From positions 1-19,429 of the forward strand of contig JBKHIT010000077.1 in the NCBI GenBank assembly GCA_046538485.1: a stretch of 19,429 nt of DNA. The letters run 5' to 3'. The stretch comes from Candidatus Brocadiia bacterium. GTDB lineage: Bacteria; Planctomycetota; Brocadiia; SM23-32. A program made the translations under genes and the position numbers. The notes under the pieces are model-generated. The model was not told the origin of the DNA, searched no databases, and saw only the letters and a program-made list of their open reading frames with translations. Numbering within the stretch: the first letter of the stretch is position 1; every line of letters starts with the position of its first letter. Of the stretch, positions 1-8,221 are shown one piece after another.

Positions 1-125
1 GCATCTGAACCACCGACGACCGGCTGAACCCACAAAATCAAATGGAACGGACCATTAGACTCACTGCAAGGGCAAGAATCCCTGGTTCGCCGCCGGGGAA
101 TCTTCTTCACCTGCCGGGCAAGCCG

Positions 126-211
126 GCAGGGGCCGGGGATGTATGGCGTTCCCATGGCTAGCCCACTCAATCTCTGCCTCCTGTCACGCAAGGTGACAGG
201 GGGGCGTTTCC
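126..211 (+). repeat. ~85-bp REP-like element, copy 1 (inverted copy at 13870-13953)
   Basis: The 32-nt core CAATCTCTGCCTCCTGTCACGCAAGGTGACAG (168-199) is the exact reverse complement of 13881-13912. Flanks GCAGGGGCCGGGG and TTCCCATGGCT are also shared. Contains hairpin CTGTCAC-GCAAG-GTGACAG. Confidence 0.9.
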
Positions 212-453
212 AGTTGAAAGCGGCGCCCCCGGTGGGGGATTCGTTGGGCAGAGGTGCCTGCCATTTTAAATATCATTGGCATTGGCATACCCCCTTCCAG
301 GTAGTCCACCGCAAAATGACGAAAGACAACGGCACAGCGGCGAAAAATCGCCGCACTCCATAGCCGGCTCCGCCGGCGGGGTTCATGCACGAGCCTGTAC
401 CGATACGATTGTCCGGCGCGCAGCATATTCCGTTCCGCAACAAACGACAACGA

Positions 454-514
454 ATCCGGGTCTGACGACCCGGTTCACAGCCTCGAGAGGCTGTCCCACA
501 TGGGTTTCCTGGCT
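454..514. repeat. 61-bp double-hairpin REP-like direct repeat, copy 1
   Basis: 51/61 ungapped identity to 841-901. Hairpins CCGGGTC-TGAC-GACCCGG and ACAGCCT-CGAG-AGGCTGT. Confidence 0.9.
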
Positions 515-629
515 TTCATTTGCAGATAAAGGCGTAAGTACGCCTGTAGCGCACGGTATGGCAGAAGGTTACACAGGTACTCGCCGCATGCACATTTGCA
601 ATGACAGGACTGCCGGGAAGGCGCTTCTC

Positions 630-733
630 AGGGCCAACGGACCGGCAGATAACAGCCCGGGGTGCCGAGGGCCGAAGGTCCTCGGAGCCCTGGGTCAAAG
701 GTGCGGAGGGAAATATAGTGGGCTGAAGGCCCA
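630..733. repeat. REP-like multi-hairpin unit, same architecture as the left arm of the 13580-13857 element
   Basis: AGCCCGGGG - hairpin CCGAGGGCC-GAA-GGTCCTCGG - GCCCTGGG, then a spacer, then hairpin GGGC-TGAAG-GCCC. Similarity is architectural; sequence identity is low. Confidence 0.5.
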
Positions 734-840
734 CCACAAATCTGGCTCAAGGATGCATCCAACCTTTCCGGAGATGGGATACTTCCCGGAATATACCCCG
801 GCCTCACGTATCCGTGAACAACGAAAACCTGAAGCCATCT

Positions 841-901
841 ATCCGGGCCTGACGACCCGGTCCACAGGCTGGAGAGCCTGTGCTACATGCGTTTCTTAGC
901 T
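841..901. repeat. 61-bp double-hairpin REP-like direct repeat, copy 2
   Basis: 51/61 identity to 454-514. Hairpins CCGGGCC-TGAC-GACCCGG and ACAGGCT-GGAG-AGCCTGT. Confidence 0.9.
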
Positions 902-977
902 CTGTTCTTGCTTTCACTGATGCGAGCAACAAGTGCCTGTCATCTGCCTGCCAGATGCCCCATCCGCTGAGATCAAC

Positions 978-1514
978 TCACGGATTATAAAGATTTTCAG
1001 CAACGACCATCGAATAGTTAGCCCCCTCAACGTGTAAATCAGCAATAAGAAACGGATTGCGACCCAGATCGTGGCCGACTGCTCCCTCCGTGAAATAATG
1101 CGGATAAGAGCACTGATTTGATGGCGCCCCCCAGGCTGCAAAGGATTCAGTGGCGGCATAAGACTGGTCAAACTCACACCAATCCCTCTCCGTCGGGTAT
1201 AGGCCGCCGAACGTATTATGTCCGAGGTAAATAGCATTCGACGGATTGGGCAAATTCGAGGTGGTGTAGTACGGGAGAATCTCCCCTGAGGGAATCGCCG
1301 TACCGCGGGACAACTGACGGTTGACGCCGTATCCGGTCCTGATGGGATCGTCATAACTCCCGCCGCCTTTGCCGGTCATCTTCCAGCCGTCGCTGAAGCT
1401 TTCAAAAACAGAGCACATGTAGATTTCTTTGTTCGGCACGTACATAGCGATGCAATTTCCCCAGTATCGCCCGCCGGGTGGCGCACTTTCATCTTGCATC
1501 TAACCATTACTCAT
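978..1514 (-). pseudogene. N-terminally truncated DUF1559/prepilin-family gene: C-terminal domain only (173-aa ORF 978-1499, preceded in frame by ATG AGT AAT GGT TAG)
   Basis: The ORF has YWGNCIAMYVPNKEIYMCS (like the family W..I..Y....I(F/Y).CPS motif) and C-terminal HDLGRNPFLIADLHVE (variant of H-X9-DG-CTERM). It shares the RBS/start GGGAGGGGAGTAATGAG with the intact neighbour but has no GFTLIELL segment. Confidence 0.7.
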
Positions 1515-1656
1515 TACTCCCCTCCCGTCCATGTTTTCAAATAGCGACTTTTTCACGGAGCGAACAGCTTCTACTATCCGAAACAAAGCCTGACTGAATA
1601 CGACCCGCAAAAGTGCAGAATATAAGCGCGCTCATGCATTCAAGACACTCGATGTT

Positions 1657-1699
1657 ATACTACCTTTGGCCTCCCGGGGTGTCAAGAGCAATATTTCTC
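1657..1699 (-). promoter_or_regulatory. sigma70-type promoter TTGACA-N17-TAGTAT with an adjacent imperfect palindrome
   Basis: -35 at 1680-1685, -10 at 1657-1662. GAGAAATATTGCTC (1686-1699) abuts the -35. The arrangement is duplicated at 2765-2807. Confidence 0.7.
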
Positions 1700-1793
1700 C
1701 GGACGACGGACGCTCATTCATAGGTTTTAGCCGACCGTAGGATGTCAGGAAAACGTATGCTGGAAAGGCAATATCAGAACCCATCAAATCGCA

Positions 1794-2621
1794 TCAATAG
1801 TGCAGCCGCAGGTTGCCGTCGCGACGCGGTCGCGTGAAGAAAGGATCCCGAATCCCCTCCAGATGACCATCGCAGAACCATATATTCTCATAGGCGTTGT
1901 CAATGATGCCATCGCCCTGGCCGTGCGCTGGATTGGGATAGTAGCGGTGGTGAAGGCCGTTGCCTATGCAAACTCCCTGCTCTTTCGCAACATCCATGAT
2001 CAAGGGACGCTTGTGGGCATTACCATCATGCAGAGCCTCCCGACGGCTGTAGGTGGGCTGGATACGTTCGCCGTCCTCATACGAACTCACATCTCCATAC
2101 CATCCGTAATAATTCCAACCTCGGCTCCTTGTAACGTCGCGATCGCTTCCTTGCCCTCCCAGGTAAATATAACCGATCTGGCCAAAGTTAAAATTCCAGG
2201 TCTTTTGCGCCCACTCCCATGACATTTTTTTGCTGGGTTTGTAACGCAGTCCCGCGCTGGGACAGTGAAACACAATGTTCACGCCAGCCACATAGGTGTC
2301 CCGCCACGTTCTACCGTCCATGGCCCCGGGGAATTGGCCGACGCTTCCGAAATTGTTGGCGTAATAGTGCGGGAAAGCGCCGCCACCGCTGACAAGATAC
2401 TGCTCATTGGTATCCATGCAATACTGTTCCATACCGAGCCCGAGCGTGCGCAAGTTCGACATACAGATGACCCGTCGCGCCGCTTCCCGCGCTTTCTCCA
2501 GGGCCGGCATCAGCATCGCGGCCAGAATGGCGATAATCGCTATCACGACCAATAATTCTATGAGAGTGAAACCCTTCTTTTTAACCCACTTCCCGGCAAA
2601 ACGAATAGCCCATTTGCTCAT
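1794..2621 (-). CDS. DUF1559 (SBP_bac_10)-type protein with prepilin N-terminal cleavage/methylation motif, 275 aa
   Basis: Basic leader, then [45 protein letters not shown]. Internal FHCPS and C-terminal [11 protein letters not shown]. Start moved from 2696 to ATG 2621, which follows GGGAGGGGAGTA. Confidence 0.92.
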   Translation of the reverse strand: MSKWAIRFAGKWVKKKGFTLIELLVVIAIIAILAAMLMPALEKAREAARRVICMSNLRTLGLGMEQYCMDTNEQYLVSGGGAFPHYYANNFGSVGQFPGAMDGRTWRDTYVAGVNIVFHCPSAGLRYKPSKKMSWEWAQKTWNFNFGQIGYIYLGGQGSDRDVTRSRGWNYYGWYGDVSSYEDGERIQPTYSRREALHDGNAHKRPLIMDVAKEQGVCIGNGLHHRYYPNPAHGQGDGIIDNAYENIWFCDGHLEGIRDPFFTRPRRDGNLRLHY

Positions 2622-2764
2622 TACTCCCCTCCCATTGGTTATTTGATAAACCTTTTCTCTTCCCGGCTGAAAACCTTCAGCCATCCGAGGCGCCATCTAA
2701 GCCAATATAGCCAGCGCAGATTACAACATATAATTACGGTTCTGCATACGCTTCGCACGCCTTT

Positions 2765-2807
2765 ATACTACCCACGCCCCTCGCGGATCGTCAAGAGCAA
2801 TATTTCT
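2765..2807 (-). promoter_or_regulatory. sigma70-type promoter TTGACG-N18-TAGTAT
   Basis: -35 at 2789-2794, -10 at 2765-2770. Shares AGAAATATTGCTCTTGAC and GGTAGTATAA with the 1657-1699 promoter. Confidence 0.7.
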
Positions 2808-2844
2808 GGAACCAAATCCAGTACAATGCAGGGGCAAGATAATT

Positions 2845-5800
2845 CTAACGGATGATAACCACATCGACCGCGTCAGGAACAGGACACTCGACGACAATCC
2901 GGTCACCTTTTCGCTTCCATTTGAGGTCCCCGCGAACAGTTGAAAGGACTTTTTCCACTTCCCGATCCGTCTGCACCGAGAGTGTTGCCTTCTCGCCAGG
3001 CGCATAAGAAAAATCGCTCAGCGTAACGGCAAGCCCGCTGGGATGCTGGAACAAACATACTTCGGTCAGTGGCTCGGTATAGTCCACCCGCGGGCGTTTC
3101 AACGTCTGCAAAGCAGGCATCGTCACAAGCGAACGTCGACTCGCGGTGTAAGTCGTTGGCAGCCTGTCCTTTCTGGGCGCATTATGCGCGTACAGAAGCC
3201 CGGGCATCACCCCCATCAGCAGAGTTTTCCCCTGACCGATCTCGTTTATAACCGCCGCGCAAGAACCATCCGAAAATTCGGCAACAGTCGTCCCGTCTTC
3301 GGGTTCCAAAACCGCCTTAACTCCCACGACACCGGTCGAAAGCTCGGGGGTCAATTCCGATTTTGAGAAAGAAACGGTATCAATCGATTCATGTTTCGGT
3401 ATTTTCATCGCGTGCCACCCGCCGCTGGAACAACCAGCCAGACGTTGCCGGGCGCCGAACAGCCGCGCACCTGCTTTAATCGGTTCATTATAGCGCCCCC
3501 GCATACCACTGCCGGAGATACCCACCAGTACACCGCCCTTTTCAACCCACCGGCGCAGGGCACTGATATCTTCGCGCGAGAGATTGAACCCCTGCATATA
3601 CAAGATCTGGTACTGATCGAGTTTATCTTCGGTAAGATCCTCCTCAATAATAACATGCACTGGAATATGAGCGTGCTGCAGGGCCAGGAATGTCAGCAAC
3701 CGATCGGTCTGGAAACCCCCGTAACTCCCGTTCCAAATCTCATGCGTGCGATTGTAAAGCAACGCGACACGGCGCGGAACACGTTTCCCCTGGGCAATGA
3801 TTTCATCGGCCGGTCCGAGCGCATGGGTGGCTCGCGCGAGTTGCTTGTAAACACCGGGGGTCTCGCTCCAGAAATTAGATCCCTCGGCGCCGGCATACCG
3901 CGGACCCCAGGAGTAAACATGCTGCAGTTTTATCCCGTGAGCCAGCAGAGAGAACATCTTCCGACCACACCGACCGCAGGAGGAAACATTATAGAATCCC
4001 GACGGCAGTTTCCCATGCATGGCAGCGCATTCCACCCATGCCCCGTAGTAACTCACGGTCTGAATGCCCGCCATTCCCCACGAACCGCCCGTAGCCCAGT
4101 CTTCTCCCCAGGCCATTGTGGCCCCGCCGAGGCGCGTCAGCGCAAACCAGTCCGAATGGTTCATGTGTCCCCCGAACATCGGCGGGTGAGGCGAGAAATT
4201 ACAGTAGGTTTTAATATTCGGGAAAACCTCTTCGGCAACGCCGGTCAATGTCCGGTAAAACTCAGCGGTTATGCGAAACTTGAACAGATGACTGTGATAA
4301 TACAAACGACGCTGGTAACGCCCGGCGTTCTCAGGAAGCGATGGCCGATAAGGAAGCTGTTCGACCTTCTCGACGCCGAAAAACGAAGCGTCTTTCCCTG
4401 TATCCTTGAGTACATTTTGGAGATAGCGGTGGAACAGAGCCCGGCAATCGGCGCAACGATTGATATGTGTGCTGCTGGTAATCGCACCGATCTCATCGCC
4501 CATTTTCAGCGTAAGTACGTGCTCCCGTCCGCCCTCATGATTCTTTTCGATTCGAGCCGCCCGCCGCTGGAAATTGCCCATGTAGGTAGAACCGATCATC
4601 GGATCGGTCGGGCAGTGGGTCCGAGCGTAAAACAACGCATCGTTGTAGTGCAAAACATGGTCGGGGTGGATGCCGTATTTCTCGCGTATTTCCAGCGGGG
4701 CAGCAAACCAATTCAGGCCGAGCGTGGACAGCATCTTCGCCGCTTTTTCCCGTGCGGCAGGAGCTGGATGAAAACTCGTATAAAGCCTGATATGCCGGGG
4801 CGTCGGCCGATCCGCTCCCGGCCCCAGTGCCTCAATAGCCTCACGGGCCCACTTGTAATGCCGCTCGTGGACGTCCGTAGCGGTTTCGAGCCGTTCCAGA
4901 TAGGACTGCGGTCGCATACCCCACGCGCCCGATTCGGCATCCGGCGAACTGAAAGGGGCTGAATAACCGTGACGATCAAGTGGTATCATGCAGGTCGCCA
5001 CATGGCTGGCGATACCGGGACGAATTGTCCGCATCTCCGCCGCCGGATGTGTGAACCAGGCGAGCTGAACTTCAGCGACTCCCGTCGGCACATTTTCGAA
5101 CGAAATTCGGCTGGTAGCATACGGTCCGGGCGCCGTTACGGTCCCCGTTGCGTCAATCCACCGCGTCCACTCGCCCACACGAACCTTCCGCGAACCGGTT
5201 GCCGAAGTTAAAGACCCGGCCACATGTTCCGGCTCGAAAGTTCTCAGAGACGCATACCACAGCGGTCGATCGTAGCCCGGAGGGTAATGCCGCCAGTGAT
5301 ATGTCAACCGCTCTCCAATCCCTGTCTCTTTAGCATCGCTTTCTGTTTCCATAACACGAAAGCGGTAATAGGTGCGGTTCAAAGTGCCGTGCAATGGCGC
5401 TTTACTCGGAATAAACTCATGGCTCTGCGACAGAAACAGAGCGTCCACCCTCGCCGAATCCTCACCCGATCGAAGTTCGAAAAGCGTATCGCCCGCTTTC
5501 AGATCAATATCGTGAAACTCCCAGGCCATTGCAGCCTTGTTTACGGACGCCGACATGCGATCCCGATCGGAGTCGAACCGCAGGGGAAATTGTTTCTCCT
5601 GCTCTTTCCCGGAACTGCGGGTCAGCGGATATTTGCCAAAAATGTGTGTGGTCGTATTAGGGCCGGCTAGGCGAAGATTGAGCGGCTGGACTTTATCCCG
5701 GCGCACAATATAGCCCAACCAGAGCCGATATTCTCCCGATTCTTGAATTTTAATAAGCGCACGAATTGGCTTGTCAGAAACAGGCCTCACAAAAGTGCGG

Positions 5801-6078
5801 CCGGAGTAATCGCCCACCCCCACCGCCTTCCAAAACACTTTTTCAGACTTCCGGCGCCTTTTCCCGCCCACACCATCCCAATTCTCAATCTCCGACAGGT
5901 GGCTATATTTGAGTCCGTCCAGATCTCCTTCCTTGTCTTCCGCCTCTATCTCTGCCAGAAGGTCATCCTCTGCTCCTCCAGGCTCGCCCAATCCCAATCC
6001 GGCCCCCCGGCCGGGGCTCACCGGCCAGCAAAGAAGAGCCACAAAAAGCAACAAGATGATGGAGAAACAATCTTTCAT
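2845..6078 (-). CDS. Secreted GH42-like glycoside hydrolase with beta-galactosidase trimerisation (Glyco_hydro_42M-like) domain, 1077 aa
   Basis: Hydrophobic signal peptide. Motifs GDEIG...CADC and WGEDW (candidate acid/base and nucleophile). C-terminal VALLY...LALQHAHIPV...LDQYQILY...LRRWVEKGGVL. 4-bp ATGA overlap with the upstream gene. Confidence 0.8.
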   Translation of the reverse strand: MKDCFSIILLLFVALLCWPVSPGRGAGLGLGEPGGAEDDLLAEIEAEDKEGDLDGLKYSHLSEIENWDGVGGKRRRKSEKVFWKAVGVGDYSGRTFVRPVSDKPIRALIKIQESGEYRLWLGYIVRRDKVQPLNLRLAGPNTTTHIFGKYPLTRSSGKEQEKQFPLRFDSDRDRMSASVNKAAMAWEFHDIDLKAGDTLFELRSGEDSARVDALFLSQSHEFIPSKAPLHGTLNRTYYRFRVMETESDAKETGIGERLTYHWRHYPPGYDRPLWYASLRTFEPEHVAGSLTSATGSRKVRVGEWTRWIDATGTVTAPGPYATSRISFENVPTGVAEVQLAWFTHPAAEMRTIRPGIASHVATCMIPLDRHGYSAPFSSPDAESGAWGMRPQSYLERLETATDVHERHYKWAREAIEALGPGADRPTPRHIRLYTSFHPAPAAREKAAKMLSTLGLNWFAAPLEIREKYGIHPDHVLHYNDALFYARTHCPTDPMIGSTYMGNFQRRAARIEKNHEGGREHVLTLKMGDEIGAITSSTHINRCADCRALFHRYLQNVLKDTGKDASFFGVEKVEQLPYRPSLPENAGRYQRRLYYHSHLFKFRITAEFYRTLTGVAEEVFPNIKTYCNFSPHPPMFGGHMNHSDWFALTRLGGATMAWGEDWATGGSWGMAGIQTVSYYGAWVECAAMHGKLPSGFYNVSSCGRCGRKMFSLLAHGIKLQHVYSWGPRYAGAEGSNFWSETPGVYKQLARATHALGPADEIIAQGKRVPRRVALLYNRTHEIWNGSYGGFQTDRLLTFLALQHAHIPVHVIIEEDLTEDKLDQYQILYMQGFNLSREDISALRRWVEKGGVLVGISGSGMRGRYNEPIKAGARLFGARQRLAGCSSGGWHAMKIPKHESIDTVSFSKSELTPELSTGVVGVKAVLEPEDGTTVAEFSDGSCAAVINEIGQGKTLLMGVMPGLLYAHNAPRKDRLPTTYTASRRSLVTMPALQTLKRPRVDYTEPLTEVCLFQHPSGLAVTLSDFSYAPGEKATLSVQTDREVEKVLSTVRGDLKWKRKGDRIVVECPVPDAVDVVIIR

Positions 6079-7973
6079 TCTGTTCTCTCCGTCGTAGTCT
6101 CTGCAGCCACATCGATGAAATAAACAAACCCTTCCTGATCAGACACTGCCAGAACCGGTCTTTCTTCGAGCAATTGAGCACCGGCTTCACCCCATGTCGG
6201 TGTCATTCTCCCGGCAAACAGCAGACCAGCCGGTCGTGCCGGAAGAGTGATCCTCCGAACCGGATGCAAATCGGGGACTTTGAGAAATGACACGGTACCG
6301 CTCAACTCCGCACACGCAACCATCGAATGTCCCTCGTTTCCGACGGCCTCAACATGCAGAGGCCATGAGCGGGCGCTATATTCCCCCATCTTCTTTCCTG
6401 CGGGATCAAACACAAATAGCCGGTTCGACCGTGAAGCAACTAATACCCCACCTTTAACTTCCAGGGGTCTTGTCAACAATATACCGCCGATATCTGCCCG
6501 CCAGATTTCGTGTCCGTCCTTTTCCGACAATGCAACCAGGAAACCTTCCCGGGAACCGAGCAAAAACGCTTCTCCTATCCCTCCCATGGGCCCACCGGGA
6601 TGGCAATCCAGATCTTTGTGCCAGATCTCAGCCCCATCGTCGAGGCGATAGCACATCGCTTTCCCCCGCAAGGTCGCAACACCAACCCGGTTTTCGCCAA
6701 CGCAGGGACCGGCATCCAGAGGTGCGTCCGCTTCGATCTGCCAGGTTTTTTCGCCGCCACGGTAGAAACTCAAACTCTCTCCAGCTGCGATAACAACACC
6801 GTCCGCGGTAGGCGCAAACGACCAGGAGTGGGTCGGGGACTGCTTTGAAAGCCGATGCAATCTGCCATCATCCGCCACACGGTGCAGACCACGGTAAACG
6901 CGACAAACCACTCTTTCACCGGATGGCCGCTTCCCGACGGGAAAAGATGGTGTATGCCTTCGCGGTTTTTCAATGCGCCATAAAGTCTTTTTGGCGGTAA
7001 TGTCGAAAGCGAATATTTCACCGCCAGCGCCAGTAACCAGTTTGCCGTCCGAAAACATGAGAGGTGCGACGGGGCTGTCCGCCATCCGCAGGAAATTGCC
7101 GATTCCTTTGTTCTGGCGTGCCTGCATAAAAAGACGCACGAGATGCGGGAAAAGATCGGTATCTGCAACTTCACGAACGGTGTATTGCGCAGTACGCTTC
7201 TGGCTCTTCAGAACAGCCCGGATATTGAATGTTCTCACACCGCGTGCCAGCTTCAAGGAGAATGTCGTCGGCGCATCAGATAAAGTCGGGGCCCAACCCG
7301 CCCTCCAGGCCGCCCCCAGCGCCAGCGCGAGCACTCCCGCCCGATCGCGTTTATCGACCGATCGGGCAGCTCCGAGACCCGGCATCGATTCCTCCCCATC
7401 GGGACTCGCATCATGTCCGGCCCAGGTCTCCACTTTCAACGATACGATGGGGCGCTCTGGGCTCTCATCAACCTGTTCAAGGACATGGGCAAACTCGGCG
7501 GCCAGTTCTTTCACAGCATTGGAAGATATCTGTGTTCTGCCGGGAGGGATTCGATCTCGACGGAGGTCGGCGGGGTTTTCGGTAATGGCCGGACGGTGGG
7601 CAGCGAGGCTGACGGCCCCCTCTTTCGCATCGAACTGCAACGCCAACCAATCCCTTCGCGTGCCGAATCCAACACGAATTAGTCTGGCCCAGTCACAATT
7701 CTCAACTCCATCCGGCATCTTATGCCAGGAACCAGGCGAATCTTTCAGGAGATTCGCAGAAATTCCCTCACGTGCATCCAGAGAAGCCACAAACCCGGAT
7801 GCAGCACCGTCTCCTCCGACATCTGCCGGGCCAAGTGAGATAAATGAGATTTTTAAGTCGCGTTCTAAATTTTTCTCAGAAGCCAGGGCAAACCGAGCAG
7901 ACAAGACGAACAGCAATACCATGAGAATAATGGAGCCTGCTCGCACTTTTTTAGAGAGGACAAGATGTCTCAC
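6075..7973 (-). CDS. Secreted protein with C-terminal PQQ-like (BamB-type) beta-propeller repeats, 632 aa
   Basis: GTG start after GGAGA; signal peptide ending FALA. Repeats such as LVALSEKDGHEIW, CYRLDDGAEIW, IFAFDITAKKTLW. N-terminal half not recognised. Confidence 0.8.
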   Translation of the reverse strand: MRHLVLSKKVRAGSIILMVLLFVLSARFALASEKNLERDLKISFISLGPADVGGDGAASGFVASLDAREGISANLLKDSPGSWHKMPDGVENCDWARLIRVGFGTRRDWLALQFDAKEGAVSLAAHRPAITENPADLRRDRIPPGRTQISSNAVKELAAEFAHVLEQVDESPERPIVSLKVETWAGHDASPDGEESMPGLGAARSVDKRDRAGVLALALGAAWRAGWAPTLSDAPTTFSLKLARGVRTFNIRAVLKSQKRTAQYTVREVADTDLFPHLVRLFMQARQNKGIGNFLRMADSPVAPLMFSDGKLVTGAGGEIFAFDITAKKTLWRIEKPRRHTPSFPVGKRPSGERVVCRVYRGLHRVADDGRLHRLSKQSPTHSWSFAPTADGVVIAAGESLSFYRGGEKTWQIEADAPLDAGPCVGENRVGVATLRGKAMCYRLDDGAEIWHKDLDCHPGGPMGGIGEAFLLGSREGFLVALSEKDGHEIWRADIGGILLTRPLEVKGGVLVASRSNRLFVFDPAGKKMGEYSARSWPLHVEAVGNEGHSMVACAELSGTVSFLKVPDLHPVRRITLPARPAGLLFAGRMTPTWGEAGAQLLEERPVLAVSDQEGFVYFIDVAAETTTERTE

Positions 7974-8066
7974 TTATAATCTCCGTCGCCCAGCTCATTG
8001 CGAATGACCATCTCAGCCATCGGAACCCCAGCAACAGGCCATCGAATAAAATCGGCCTCCACTTGA

Positions 8067-8095
8067 ATTGTACATTGCGAGGATTAATCGCGCAA
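8067..8095 (-). promoter_or_regulatory. Candidate promoter TTGCGC-N17-TACAAT for the leftward operon
   Basis: -35 at 8090-8095, -10 at 8067-8072, in the divergent intergenic region. Confidence 0.5.
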
Positions 8096-8148
8096 AGAAG
8101 CTATAAAGTTTAGAAATTCTGGCGCTCCAGAGAAAGATAGATGCGCAC

Positions 8149-8176
8149 TTGACGAACTTGCCCACTGGCGTACACT
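8149..8176 (+). promoter_or_regulatory. Candidate promoter TTGACG-N16-TACACT for the rightward operon
   Basis: -35 at 8149-8154, -10 at 8171-8176; followed by GGAGG RBS and ATG 8222. Confidence 0.5.
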
Positions 8177-8221
8177 GCTTGATAGGTACAAATTAACAGG
8201 GCTTTTCGTGGAGGGACTCTT

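Noticed and set aside
110..901. Integron attC cassettes, or genuine CDSs (139-363, 184-450, 276-899, 516-737)
   Set aside because: No consistent RYYYAAC...GTTRRRY boundaries or cassette ORFs. The ORFs run through hairpin repeats and show no recognisable motifs.
1500..1502. Amber read-through or recoded TAG
   Set aside because: TAG ends the 2845-6078 and 11910-13259 genes normally, and read-through would add only 5 residues without restoring the pilin head.
978..2621. Diversity-generating retroelement or shufflon acting on the prepilin tails
   Set aside because: No reverse transcriptase or recombinase in the window, no TR/VR pair differing at adenines, and no inverted recombination sites between cassettes.
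3391..4962. 523-aa + strand ORF and other long overlapping ORFs (6973-8007, 10579-11298, 12225-13226, 15090-15848)
   Set aside because: Antisense shadows of well-supported genes, expected in GC-rich coding DNA; no motifs.
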